Source: a virus. Taken from it: a stretch of DNA of 64,000 bases. The notes beneath the pieces are model-generated. The model was given only the letters and a program-made list of their open reading frames with translations, was not told the origin of the DNA and made no database searches. The position numbers and the translations under genes were made by a program. The DNA lies in the IMG/VR virus record IMGVR_UViG_3300032334_000335, positions 1-64,000 of that record; one strand, written 5' to 3'. Below are positions 53,722 through 64,000 of this stretch, in pieces (the first letter of the stretch is position 1; each line of letters begins with the position of its first letter).

Positions 53722-55659
53722 TTATGGTGGCAATATTGTGTCGGACACATGGTTCCAAGCACCGGCGTTAATCTGGAATATCTTAACAAGTCTAGTTGTT
53801 GTTATGGATTCTGCAGGCACTGTTGCTTGGCTGATTGATACGTTAGTAACTGCCGATGCTGTTCCACTTGGAGTATTAAATGTCGAAACACTTTGATTTA
53901 TCAAAGGATTAATATCTACCACAGTAGTCGAGTTGTTGATAATCGAACACAATATTCTAGCTTCTGTTAGTTCTCTGTACTCATCAGGTGGAGCAATAAG
54001 ATTTAAAATATTCAATATAATATAGCTATTTGGTTTACCGTCTGATAAATCCATGCTTAATACAATATTTCTACTTTCAGTAGTTTTATCTACGTATTCT
54101 TTTGTGGCCGCATCTTGTGCAGTTGTCGGATCTGCTAGTCCTGTTATCTTTGGCGATCCTAGAAGAACTATATTACCCGTACCATTTGGTTCTATCTCAA
54201 GATCTTGGTTAGTCTGTAGTGTAGAAATTTTAGTATTTTCTATTCGAATATAAGGTGGATCTGTTGATAGTCCAGGTCCAATGTTAACAACTGTTTGTTT
54301 ACCAAAGCTGGTTACACCTGGAATAGATGTAACTGCTGTAGTTAACGCAAATGTTTCGCTACCAGATACTATACTAGTTTGTTCAATAAGAGGGATGCCG
54401 TCAATGGCATAATATTTTCCCTGTTTTAAGTTAATGCTTTCACTACTGTTCCATGCAGATGATTTTAATTTTGGCCATGTATCGTTATACCCGCCAGCAA
54501 TGGCATCTGCCGAATTACTTGTGGCTGCTTGATTTGTCTGAGACCATAAAAATATTTTAGCAGTAGCACCTTGTAAAATAATACCGCCAGTTGATGCATT
54601 TGCTTCAGTCGGCGTTACTCCAGTTTGTTTTGCTAGAACAATGTTTTTATCTTCGACTGTAACTGTTTCGGTATTGAATGTAGTAGTTGTACCCTGTACA
54701 GTTAAGTTGCCGCCGATGGTCAAACTTCCCCCAACGTTCACTGAGCTGGTGTTAACTCCGTTTACCAGGAAATCGTTTCCTACATATAAGTTAACTGTTC
54801 TTGTTGCTGCAAATATCTCTAAAGCATTTTCTTGAGAAATACCACGTCGAACGTTTAAGATTAAATCCTTGTCACTGGCTGCGTTTGAAAGATAGACATT
54901 ACCGTTGTTCACTGTTAAGTTGGCTTGTCCAGCGCCGCCTGCAACGAGTCCAAGATCTGTGGTAATTCTAATCTGTCCGTTGATAGCATTAGATGTGTCT
55001 TTTCTTACATATGTTGTTGATGCGATTCCGCCAAGCTGATCAGAATTAGTAGAAGTTACATTAAACTTAATATTACTCAAAGTTCCTGCATTGAATCCTG
55101 GAGAAATATTTCCAGTAAATCCTGTAATGGCGTTTTTTGGAGTAAATGTTGCATTAGAGGAAAATATCCCTAGCAACAAACCATTATTATAAAATAAAGT
55201 AATAACACGAGTTTGATTAAGAGTATCTAAAATGCTGTTAACTTTTAATCCGCTGAGACCTTGGCTTTGAGAATATGTCGGTCCCAACAATAATGTTGAG
55301 GTACCGTCATAGAAATATAACTGTTTATCAATATTATTAAACCATAAATCGCCGACACCTAGTGTAGACGGTTGTGCATTTGATATTGTTGCAGAGCTAA
55401 CTGGAAGGAACTGTGTTCCGCTGTAAACTTTAAGTTTTAGTTCTGACGCATCGAACCAAATCTGTCCTCGTATAGGATGAAGTGGTTTAGATGTTCCAGC
55501 AAAGTTTTCTAACAGCTTGATCAAGTTTTCATTAAAAACTTCGCCGAATCCACTGTAATTTTTTCCTATAAGAGTCAAGTCCGTAGATAGCTGATCCAGC
55601 TGGCCGTCTGCCACTGTAGCTACTATCGATCCGTCTGTCTTATTAATTTGATATGCCAT
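53722..55659 (-). CDS. Tail fibre/baseplate protein
   Basis: Same N-domain; DPTTAQDAATKEYVD motif. Confidence 0.75.
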   Translation of the reverse strand: MAYQINKTDGSIVATVADGQLDQLSTDLTLIGKNYSGFGEVFNENLIKLLENFAGTSKPLHPIRGQIWFDASELKLKVYSGTQFLPVSSATISNAQPSTLGVGDLWFNNIDKQLYFYDGTSTLLLGPTYSQSQGLSGLKVNSILDTLNQTRVITLFYNNGLLLGIFSSNATFTPKNAITGFTGNISPGFNAGTLSNIKFNVTSTNSDQLGGIASTTYVRKDTSNAINGQIRITTDLGLVAGGAGQANLTVNNGNVYLSNAASDKDLILNVRRGISQENALEIFAATRTVNLYVGNDFLVNGVNTSSVNVGGSLTIGGNLTVQGTTTTFNTETVTVEDKNIVLAKQTGVTPTEANASTGGIILQGATAKIFLWSQTNQAATSNSADAIAGGYNDTWPKLKSSAWNSSESINLKQGKYYAIDGIPLIEQTSIVSGSETFALTTAVTSIPGVTSFGKQTVVNIGPGLSTDPPYIRIENTKISTLQTNQDLEIEPNGTGNIVLLGSPKITGLADPTTAQDAATKEYVDKTTESRNIVLSMDLSDGKPNSYIILNILNLIAPPDEYRELTEARILCSIINNSTTVVDINPLINQSVSTFNTPSGTASAVTNVSISQATVPAESITTTRLVKIFQINAGAWNHVSDTILPP

Positions 55660-55681
55660 GTTATTACCTTAAATGTTCTCG

Positions 55682-57973
55682 TTAAAATGCCGGTGGTCCT
55701 GATCTAATAATATAGTTTATAGTTAGATAAGGATTCATTAGTGGAATAGGATCTCCTAACGTGAAACTTGGATCTGGTTTTTTCACTGGACCGGATGTGT
55801 TTAAGTACTGAGCCGATCCCGGTGATGTTGGTCCTAAACCTGTTGCTGCCGGTGGATTAATAGCTGTATCAACTCTTACAGCAGAATATTGTATTCCGTT
55901 ATATGTTAAGCTATGCTCGTGGTCTGGAATATTTGACAAACTTAAACCAACTGAGCTTTGGCCGGCATCACCACCTAAAATCGTTGCTTTAACGTCTGGT
56001 ACTCGTCCTGAGCTGCCGCCACCTGCATCAATGTAAGATCCGTTTAGTGTCGGTACTGTGCTGCCATTATCCATATTATCTTTACCTAGTGTAAACCTTC
56101 CACGTAAATCAGGAACACGGAATGTATTAACACCAGCATATGTAATCGTTGATGCAGCGCCTGTACCATCAGCAGCAGTTGCATTTCTAGAAGCTATAAA
56201 AGAGACACCGACTGCGTTTGTTGTTGCTCCAAAACTTATAAAGTTTGTGGTGCCGACAGCTTCAATCGTATATGTTTGATCTTTAATCAACTGTGTAGCT
56301 AAACGAATAGTTTTACTGAAAGATGTACCGATAATGTCATAGAGGGCTTGATACTTTGCAATTTCTTGTTCACTTCCGTCGCAGAATAGATAACCATACG
56401 GTACTGATTTACCACCATACGGTAATATTGTTCCTATTGGAACCCCTAAGTCTCCAATAAAATTATCTCTGCTTTGTTTTAATAGACCCGATGCTACACC
56501 AGTTGCTGCGCTAGCTCTATAAGTTAGCACATAGTCTGTTCCCAATGATTTCGAAACTTCATCTTTTGAACTGATGATGTTTGCAGTAAGTGTTGTATTG
56601 AATATTTTTGTAAAACTTCCTTTCTGTCCGTCGAACTCGATCGGCGGGGAAGACACGTCACCGGTTAGTGCAAAAGAAGTTACGTTTTTTAAATTTGTAG
56701 CTGTGTTGGCATTACCGTTAATATTTCCAGACAACACACCTTGGATGGTATCTGCTACGATTGTTTTTGCTCGTACAGTTCTCCATCGCTTTGTTGCTGA
56801 ACCTAGGTCAGAAGCATCAGTAACACCTGGTTGAAGTGTTGACGTTTGAGTCACTCCAGTAACCACAAGATCTGTGCCAACTAAAAGGTTTTTAGATATA
56901 GCTACGCCGCCAGCTGTTCGAATACTACCATTATTAAAGTTAGTTGAAGGAGTAGTATCTGTTACAATGATACCGCCTGTTGAAGCAATATTTCCTACGA
57001 CATCTAAAGATTCTTCAGGAACTGCTTTGTTAATACCAACCTTGTTATCAAGGATTCTTAAGATCGTATTAGGAATTCCATCTCTGTTTACCTGTAGATC
57101 TAGAGAACTTCCAGAAGCCGCATTGTATATGGTAGCTGCTGTTGTTGAGTTTGAAATAATTAATGTTCCATCAACTCCAAGAGTAATACCGTTATTACTA
57201 CGAATATTAATTCCCTGTTCGGTTGTGTTAACTTGATCTTTTCTTAAAAAATAAGAAGCTGCTACGCCGTCTGGTTCACCAGTCTGAGAGTTGATCCCGG
57301 TATAGAGCTTATCAGCAAAGGTAGAGATTCCTGCAAGTTTAGGAAGAACATTACCAACGAAGTTTGCCTGTTCTGTTGCATTTGCAGGATTATTGATGTT
57401 TATCCCTGATTGTATTCCGATGAAACCAGTAATCTTGGATTTTGGAGTAAATGTATCTTTGCTTATGATGGCAACAGGAATATCTGCCACATAAAATATA
57501 ACTATTGATCTGTTAACGTTATCTGTATCAACGATTCTTTCAACTGCTGGACCGTATCTCAGACCATCAACTGAGCTTTCTGTAGGTCCAACTAGAATCC
57601 ATCGAGTACCTGTAAAAATACGCAACTGCTGATTAGTAGTGTCAACCCAAAGTTCGCCAACCTTGGCTGTTTCAACTGAAGGTTCAGAGTTGCTTTTTTG
57701 AATATTACTAGCTGCCTTCCAGTTAGTTCCATCCCATAACTGCATATAGCCATTACCACTATCATACCAAAGTTGACCTTCAATCGGAGCTTCTGGTTCA
57801 GTGGTGCTGGCGAAGTTTTCTAAAAGATGAAGAAAATTCTCTGCAATAATTTGACCGTAACCGGTTACATTTCTACCCGGAAATCTTAAACTAGTGTCTT
57901 CGCTAGAAGTATTGTCAAATACTGTTATTGGACTTTTGTTATTACTGTCGGTAAAATTTACAATATATGGCAT
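55682..57973 (-). CDS. Tail fibre with tail-collar domain
   Basis: Related N-domain; PIGTILPY..GYLFCDG..VPDLRGRF; MNPYLTINYII. Confidence 0.85.
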   Translation of the reverse strand: MPYIVNFTDSNNKSPITVFDNTSSEDTSLRFPGRNVTGYGQIIAENFLHLLENFASTTEPEAPIEGQLWYDSGNGYMQLWDGTNWKAASNIQKSNSEPSVETAKVGELWVDTTNQQLRIFTGTRWILVGPTESSVDGLRYGPAVERIVDTDNVNRSIVIFYVADIPVAIISKDTFTPKSKITGFIGIQSGININNPANATEQANFVGNVLPKLAGISTFADKLYTGINSQTGEPDGVAASYFLRKDQVNTTEQGINIRSNNGITLGVDGTLIISNSTTAATIYNAASGSSLDLQVNRDGIPNTILRILDNKVGINKAVPEESLDVVGNIASTGGIIVTDTTPSTNFNNGSIRTAGGVAISKNLLVGTDLVVTGVTQTSTLQPGVTDASDLGSATKRWRTVRAKTIVADTIQGVLSGNINGNANTATNLKNVTSFALTGDVSSPPIEFDGQKGSFTKIFNTTLTANIISSKDEVSKSLGTDYVLTYRASAATGVASGLLKQSRDNFIGDLGVPIGTILPYGGKSVPYGYLFCDGSEQEIAKYQALYDIIGTSFSKTIRLATQLIKDQTYTIEAVGTTNFISFGATTNAVGVSFIASRNATAADGTGAASTITYAGVNTFRVPDLRGRFTLGKDNMDNGSTVPTLNGSYIDAGGGSSGRVPDVKATILGGDAGQSSVGLSLSNIPDHEHSLTYNGIQYSAVRVDTAINPPAATGLGPTSPGSAQYLNTSGPVKKPDPSFTLGDPIPLMNPYLTINYIIRSGPPAF

Positions 57974-57975
57974 GA

Positions 57976-58638
57976 TTAAACCTCAGTAAAACTAGTTAAG
58001 CTCTGTACACGGATTGTATAATCAATCTGTAAAAGTCTATTCAAACTTTTTTGTACTGGGTGGAAAATAACATGAGTCAACAGTTTTCCTTCTCCATTAG
58101 GGTTGTAAGATTTAAGACCAAGTTCATCAAATACAAAGTTTCCACTTAAATCAACAGAGTTATCAAATGCTTCTTGTTCTGTAGGCTCACCATAATCTAA
58201 AAGACAAGATACTAGTATATCACTGTATGTTGCTCCGCTGACATGGCGGATTTCCATTTTATTTCTAACAGGATCGGTGTTTGCTATGCTATTTTGATCT
58301 ACAACTTTAGCATATGTTTGATTATATAAGCTAGAGTTAACACCTACGGTATTTGTTGTCAAGTATGTAATCAATCCTGTAGGATCTACAGTTGTACCGC
58401 CTGTGCCAAATGCCATTTGATAGATAGTACCTTGTCCTTGATTACTCAACGCATTAACCATTGCCACTGACATATTTTCGTAGTGGATCGCATTTCGCTT
58501 GTCGATAAAAACTTCGCCGGATTGCGGGTCAAATATCTTTATATGCCCTTCAAAATGGAAGCCGCCTGTCTCATTTGGACGAGTTTCTTGTTGATTTTGA
58601 TCTTTATTTTCTGCCATATTAGTCTCTTGTGATTCCAT
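57976..58638 (-). CDS. Baseplate-associated structural protein
   Basis: GHIKIFD..NAIH, FDELGL, HPVQKS; TAAATA 5 nt upstream (58644-49). Confidence 0.65.
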   Translation of the reverse strand: MESQETNMAENKDQNQQETRPNETGGFHFEGHIKIFDPQSGEVFIDKRNAIHYENMSVAMVNALSNQGQGTIYQMAFGTGGTTVDPTGLITYLTTNTVGVNSSLYNQTYAKVVDQNSIANTDPVRNKMEIRHVSGATYSDILVSCLLDYGEPTEQEAFDNSVDLSGNFVFDELGLKSYNPNGEGKLLTHVIFHPVQKSLNRLLQIDYTIRVQSLTSFTEV

Positions 58639-58646
58639 AAGTGTAT

Positions 58647-61600
58647 TTATTCGGGTAGTTTCGTAGTCCTTTGAGCTATGAAAATAGCCTGAGGAGTTGT
58701 ATTTTCAAGCAGAGTTACCCCTGTAAGCGTGGTATCTGTTCCAAGATTGTACCATACTCTACCAGTTTTTCTAATGATCGTAATGCGTGTTCCTGCATCA
58801 AACTTGTTTGTTAAACGAATATAGTTTGTTGAGCCGTCAACTGAAAAATCAGCTTCTCTTACTTCATCAGCGGCCGGACTTGCTGCTCCAAGCGTCTGAT
58901 TATATATCGAGATCGGATCTTTAAACAAACGTTTTCCTGCTACAAAAACTTCAACGGTATCGCAAGGATAGAATCCTTCTGGGATCGTATCAGTGTAAGT
59001 AAACTCTACAGTGGCTCCCAAAGAATCTATTCGTTTCTGAGGAATAAAGTCCAATGGTCCGATTAACAATGAGCTGCCGTCGCTTACGAAATCTGTACGT
59101 TCCTGATTTTCGTTATAAGGAATTACTTCACTCGAACTGCTGTTAGCAATCAATGTTCCTGTATTGTAGCTGTTTCCAATCGGTGTTCCAGCAACACCCC
59201 GTCTTAGTTGAGATAAAGTATTGTCAACCTTTGACATGTATTCTATTTTTTCTCCGGCTATTGAAATTATACCAGGTATATTTCTAGATGGAATCGGGTC
59301 CGGTAGTTCTGCAGCATTGTTAACAACCATAGAAGTATCATAATAATTCAATGGTTGGGCCAAACTAACTTCGTTTATTGAATATCTCTTATATTGATAG
59401 ATGTTTAACATATCTTTAAAGATTTCATAACCGCTAGGAGCTCTATAAATTTCAGATCCAAAAAGAACAATTTTTATCTTATCGTTGACAGTTGTAGTAT
59501 CTTTGAGATACACTACAGATCTAGGCAGCGACACAGAATAATCAAGATCTTGAGTTAATCTATTTCCATTTTTATATACCCAGACATAGCTTATATTCAC
59601 AGGCTCATGAGCCAACTGATATTGAACTTTGCCGCCAGTGAACTCGTCGGAGACTATCTTCATCGAAGGATATTCACCAAACCATGTAACTTGAACATCG
59701 TCTCCGGTTGTTAAACTAATAGAATCGTCGATAACTATATCGTTACCATCTACATAATACTGTGTTCTAAAGTTATTTGTTATCTTAATGATATCACCGT
59801 GATTGAGAATCGATGGCTCGATAGTTAGAACTTTTGTTGTTCCGTCATATACATAATCCTGAACAAACGTTCTAAGCTCATCATTTACATAAACAAAAAT
59901 ATTAGTTGGTAAGATAGTACCAGGAGGTTCTACTGGATCTAATCCCAATACAAACTCATTCACAGTACCATCATATGTTGAATACAGTGTATCAACACCT
60001 ATCAATGCTACATTGTTTATTTGAACTATCATCGACTCAACTGCTGACGCTGTGGCAAGAGTTACAAAGTTATCAAGGCCAAATCGTCTTTCAGTACCAC
60101 GATAGGTAAATGATTGTTGATTGACTCTAACTATTGGTATAGAAGAAGTGTCGGTGTTTCCTGATGAACCTAGGGATATAATCTTTATAATATCTCTGTT
60201 ATTTGGCTTGATACCGAACTGTACTAAAACTTTTCCTTCAGTGTCGATAACACCAGTACTGTCAATAAATCCGATATCTTGATACTCTCCATTTACTGTA
60301 ACAAAGATTGAAGATGTATCCGCATAGTTAGCTTTGGTTAAAAATAGACCAGTTTCGCCGTCAGCTTCAAACTCTTGATAATCAAGTAAAGACACTCCGC
60401 CTACGCCTATTGAAATAATCTCAACAATAGATCCAGCTGTTGGTGCAGTTACAAACTCTACAGAAAGAGTTCTTAGGTTGACAGAATAATCAAGAGGGTC
60501 TGTTCCTGTATTGCGCTTAACTTTATCAACGTATACCAATACAGACTGTGATTCTAAAACATTAAGACCGATGCTAAAAATCTTTCCTCCTGATGCTACA
60601 GCGATTCTAGATTGCAAAGGAGCCACTCCAAATCTTGTAGAATGGAATACTTTAATAGAAACACTGTCAAGGACTTGTCCTGGAACATTTTCCTCCGGAG
60701 CTGGCACTTGATCAGGGCTAACAAATTTGTCTCCGTCTACTACGATATCCTCGGCTGATAGTCCATTTGCCGTTTGATAAGCACCTTGTATTGCGGATAA
60801 TGTTCCTCCGCTTAGTCTTGTATCTAATAGGTTTGGATCTAAAATAGTTACAGATCCATCACTTTCTAAAGGACGGAATATCAATGTATCACCGTTATTC
60901 AACTCGACGTATTGAGTTATTTCAATAATATTTGAAGTACCATTAGCAATAAACGTTGGCATTTCTGCATATGGATTTATAGCCGACGATGAATCCCATT
61001 CTGTTTGTTGATAGTTTGGATCATCTATTCTTACTGCCGATAACTGTCCGACACGTTTAATGTAAACAGTAATCTGTTGTCCTTCAGGCGGAGTATAAGG
61101 TAGCACAATGTTAAAATCTTCCCAGTAATCCTGCCAGTTATTTTCAGTCAATGGCAGTATAACATTACCAGCAGAGTCGGCTGTCTTTTTTATAGCTCTA
61201 TATAAGCGATTACTGTATTTTATTACTGAACCTTTTTTATATGCAGTAGTTGAATCAGCACTTGAGTCGATATCCATTACATAATAAAAATCTGAAGATG
61301 ATTCTACGCTATCCCAACTGTCCGTGAACCAAGGTAGGGCATCCCATCCTCCAGTAACATCAAAAGTTGTACCCTGTATCTGTACACCACCAAAATCTAT
61401 ACCAGTCATTAACTGGCTTAAATCGTTTCCTATCATCGAGGATGATGGGTTATAGAATTTCTGTATCCTGTTAACAGAATCTAATAATGAATCATTCTTT
61501 TCATAGGTTATTTCTATGACATCGTTTTTGGCTGGTGCATCTACAAGTATCAACTTGCCTTTTAGCTGACGATAGGTGTCAGACATTTCAGTGTATAAGC

Positions 61601-63998
61601 TGATAGAGTATTCACTGCCTAATAAAATTCTATTGTTTTTTATTACAGTTATCTTGCTTTTATTTCTATTTGGCGCATAGCTTAATGTGAAACTTCCAGT
61701 CGCTCCAGTAGCCACGAATCTCTGAGACTGAGTAAATGATGAATACAATCCGTCTTTGGTAATACGATCCAACTTCATAGAAAGACTGAATGTTCTTGCT
61801 TTTGAATCTCCGATGATAGCAACTGCCATAGCAGTGGCAGAGCCGGAAGAGTTTCCGCCAACTAAAGTTATTGTTGGTGCTACGGTGTAACCTGCGCCAG
61901 GAGTTAATACTTTTATTCCAGACACAAATCCATTTGAAATAAATGCCTGAGCTGTTGCTCCTTTGCCGTTGCCGTCGACACTTGTAATGATCACAGTCGG
62001 TGGAGCATTATAATCTTCACCTTTCGAGAACAACTCAATAGATGTTACAGAATAACCGTGATTATCTGACCACAACTTCCAAGGATAGTTTCCGATGATA
62101 TCATTTCGAGATGTTACAGGAACAACTTTACCGTCAACTGTTGAATATGTTGGTGGAAGATCAAAATCTCCGACTGCTGTATTTGTAGGTTCAATAGTGT
62201 TATATCGACTTACATATTCTCGAACTGTGGTACGATATGGTTTAACTTCGTTGATGTATTCTTGGAAACTTAGTAGATTATCATTTTTGTAATTTAATTT
62301 TTCTACTAACGGTCCTACATTATGTACAGCATTTAAGAAGCTGGTCTTGAAAGCCCAGTCAACGTATTGTTGCTCAGCAAATACATATCTAATAGAACTA
62401 AAGAATAGGTTATTCCATTCAACTGCATACTCGCCTACAAAGATATCATTTTTCACTGCTGCAAAGATATTTCTCATTTCTTTTGAGTTTTCAATGTCGT
62501 AGAATCCCGTATCAAAAGATTGTGCAGTATCGTAACCGATACCTGCAGATGCTGTCTGATATAACGTACTCTTAATGTTAATAGTACCTTTTTCTCTAGC
62601 AACCATTGAGTATCGATCTATAAATGTTGCGCCAGTTTCGCTGGTTTTTTGGAATATTGCCCAGCCGCCGGTTCCGTATTCTTTTATTTTTATTAAATCT
62701 CCAAGTAAAACTGTTATTGTTTCTTCTTCTGTAACATTGGCAATTTCTTTGATTATACGTGAAGTTATCGAATAACCAGACTTCCACCAATCAGTCAACT
62801 CCCAATACTTGGTTGTATCATATGCTTGAGATTTACTTCTAAAGAATACTCCACGGACATCGTCCCATGCATATATGCTCCAGAAATTATTTGCTGTCGA
62901 ATCTATGTTAACTAATACTGAGAAGTTTCTTACTGTTGCTGTTGCGGTAGTGTAGTTTCTACCTCTATTCGTTATTGAAACTGCTGTTATTCTTCCTTGG
63001 CCATCCATGTGACAAATAGCTGATGCATTAACGCCGTCGCCACTAACTACGATCGGAGGACCTTTGTAGACATTTGGCACTTCTTGATTGAACAGTTCTT
63101 TTGGTTTATATCCAAACCCAGCATCAACAATATCAATAGTATCAATTTGACCATCAACAATATTGGCTCTTAACTTGGCTTGTTTAATGCGATTAGTACC
63201 AACTGTAGTTAAATCAATGTAAGTATCTACTTCTATATCATAGAGATTTAACAAACTATTTGGCTGACTGTCAACTAGATTTAAATTTTCAAAACTTATA
63301 GTGTCAGCGAACGGTTCTTCAAGAAGAACTGTATTAATTTTTCCAACTACAGTTTTTAAAATAGGAAGTCGATCCACAAACATACTTTGTCGTGGTCTAA
63401 ATAATAATCCATATTTTTGTTTTGCAGGCAACGCCGGATCCGGTACTCTGTTCCCTGCTGTGTCGTATCCTACTAAACTATCTAACCATTTATTTTCAAG
63501 TTTTGCAGAAGGTAAACTATCAGCTACTCCTTCTGTCAGAAGTTGGTATTCATTGTGAACCAAGTTCAATGGTTTGTTATTCTTCTTGTATTCGATATTA
63601 ATCAGTGCAGTATCTGATAATACATTTGGAAAGTTATAAGCCAAGAACTTATCAGTGTCAATAAATGCTATGAAAGCAATTCCCGATCCAGACGGATTAG
63701 AAATCAATGATGCCACCGATGCTGCTGAAATAGATCTGTTGTCAGCTGATGTAGGTACTATTACTTTATTTTTTACCCAATAGTAATACAATGTACTAGT
63801 TGGTTGTCCTGTGACAGCATTGTACAATACCTTAACAGTATATACATCATTATTAGGATGCAACGGCTGTCCTGAAATTCCTTCTACTATACCCTCATTG
63901 GTATCTGCAAGAGCACTCCATTCGTTTGGCAGTAATGGAGTTTCGATCCATTCATAGATATCTATACTAGCACCTTCGGCTAATACTCCCCAGTTCCC
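58647..63998 (-). CDS. Very large baseplate wedge-like structural protein (5'-truncated)
   Basis: Frame stays open to the window end; YINEVKPYRT motif, G.GY..AP.I repeats and repeated beta modules. Confidence 0.75.
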   Translation of the reverse strand, partial: GNWGVLAEGASIDIYEWIETPLLPNEWSALADTNEGIVEGISGQPLHPNNDVYTVKVLYNAVTGQPTSTLYYYWVKNKVIVPTSADNRSISAASVASLISNPSGSGIAFIAFIDTDKFLAYNFPNVLSDTALINIEYKKNNKPLNLVHNEYQLLTEGVADSLPSAKLENKWLDSLVGYDTAGNRVPDPALPAKQKYGLLFRPRQSMFVDRLPILKTVVGKINTVLLEEPFADTISFENLNLVDSQPNSLLNLYDIEVDTYIDLTTVGTNRIKQAKLRANIVDGQIDTIDIVDAGFGYKPKELFNQEVPNVYKGPPIVVSGDGVNASAICHMDGQGRITAVSITNRGRNYTTATATVRNFSVLVNIDSTANNFWSIYAWDDVRGVFFRSKSQAYDTTKYWELTDWWKSGYSITSRIIKEIANVTEEETITVLLGDLIKIKEYGTGGWAIFQKTSETGATFIDRYSMVAREKGTINIKSTLYQTASAGIGYDTAQSFDTGFYDIENSKEMRNIFAAVKNDIFVGEYAVEWNNLFFSSIRYVFAEQQYVDWAFKTSFLNAVHNVGPLVEKLNYKNDNLLSFQEYINEVKPYRTTVREYVSRYNTIEPTNTAVGDFDLPPTYSTVDGKVVPVTSRNDIIGNYPWKLWSDNHGYSVTSIELFSKGEDYNAPPTVIITSVDGNGKGATAQAFISNGFVSGIKVLTPGAGYTVAPTITLVGGNSSGSATAMAVAIIGDSKARTFSLSMKLDRITKDGLYSSFTQSQRFVATGATGSFTLSYAPNRNKSKITVIKNNRILLGSEYSISLYTEMSDTYRQLKGKLILVDAPAKNDVIEITYEKNDSLLDSVNRIQKFYNPSSSMIGNDLSQLMTGIDFGGVQIQGTTFDVTGGWDALPWFTDSWDSVESSSDFYYVMDIDSSADSTTAYKKGSVIKYSNRLYRAIKKTADSAGNVILPLTENNWQDYWEDFNIVLPYTPPEGQQITVYIKRVGQLSAVRIDDPNYQQTEWDSSSAINPYAEMPTFIANGTSNIIEITQYVELNNGDTLIFRPLESDGSVTILDPNLLDTRLSGGTLSAIQGAYQTANGLSAEDIVVDGDKFVSPDQVPAPEENVPGQVLDSVSIKVFHSTRFGVAPLQSRIAVASGGKIFSIGLNVLESQSVLVYVDKVKRNTGTDPLDYSVNLRTLSVEFVTAPTAGSIVEIISIGVGGVSLLDYQEFEADGETGLFLTKANYADTSSIFVTVNGEYQDIGFIDSTGVIDTEGKVLVQFGIKPNNRDIIKIISLGSSGNTDTSSIPIVRVNQQSFTYRGTERRFGLDNFVTLATASAVESMIVQINNVALIGVDTLYSTYDGTVNEFVLGLDPVEPPGTILPTNIFVYVNDELRTFVQDYVYDGTTKVLTIEPSILNHGDIIKITNNFRTQYYVDGNDIVIDDSISLTTGDDVQVTWFGEYPSMKIVSDEFTGGKVQYQLAHEPVNISYVWVYKNGNRLTQDLDYSVSLPRSVVYLKDTTTVNDKIKIVLFGSEIYRAPSGYEIFKDMLNIYQYKRYSINEVSLAQPLNYYDTSMVVNNAAELPDPIPSRNIPGIISIAGEKIEYMSKVDNTLSQLRRGVAGTPIGNSYNTGTLIANSSSSEVIPYNENQERTDFVSDGSSLLIGPLDFIPQKRIDSLGATVEFTYTDTIPEGFYPCDTVEVFVAGKRLFKDPISIYNQTLGAASPAADEVREADFSVDGSTNYIRLTNKFDAGTRITIIRKTGRVWYNLGTDTTLTGVTLLENTTPQAIFIAQRTTKLPE

Positions 63999-64000
63999 TG

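Noticed and set aside
45888-57973. Diversity-generating retroelement or invertible tail-fibre cassette
   Set aside because: No reverse transcriptase, invertase or near-identical nucleotide repeat pair seen; paralog similarity is at the protein level only
1-64000. Alternative genetic code (stop-codon reassignment), as in some jumbo phages
   Set aside because: Known genes (polB, clpA, folE, queE) are full length in code 11 and coding density is high
1-64000. CRISPR array, tRNA or rRNA genes
   Set aside because: Intergenic gaps are nearly all under 90 nt and I saw no spaced direct repeats or cloverleafs by eye; a tRNAscan run would confirm

Overview
This window looks like part of a large, AT-rich, T4-like (jumbo) myophage genome in the standard genetic code. 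I saw no tRNA, rRNA, CRISPR array or mobile element. The + strand (1-32.6 kb) carries: the end of a holin-like gene; a sigma70-driven dnaJ-def-clpA operon; a late cluster (TAAATA promoters) of proteins resembling head-packaged, Glu-cleaved polyproteins, including a nucleotidyltransferase and a HAD nucleotidase/GH19 lysozyme fusion; a family-B DNA polymerase with a probable sliding clamp; a dispersed 7-deazaguanine DNA-modification region (DpdA-like transglycosylase, DpdL/QueD-like T-fold protein, GT-B glycosyltransferase, FolE, atypical QueE, plus an MBD4-like glycosylase, cupin, PRTase and HIT; no QueC or canonical QueD in the window); and an RNase H/flap nuclease. The - strand (32.6-64 kb) carries baseplate and tail-fibre genes followed by a late-promoter island of glycosyltransferases, radical SAM enzymes, SGNH-like proteins and a 2OG oxygenase. 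The best novelty candidates are (1) a possibly glycosylated or otherwise new deazaguanine DNA modification, (2) modular head-cargo polyproteins with a protease-unmasked signal peptide on a lysozyme, (3) a virion glycan-tailoring island, and (4) several RNA/DNA regulatory switches visible directly in the sequence. All protein calls come from motif recognition by eye; no database search was run.
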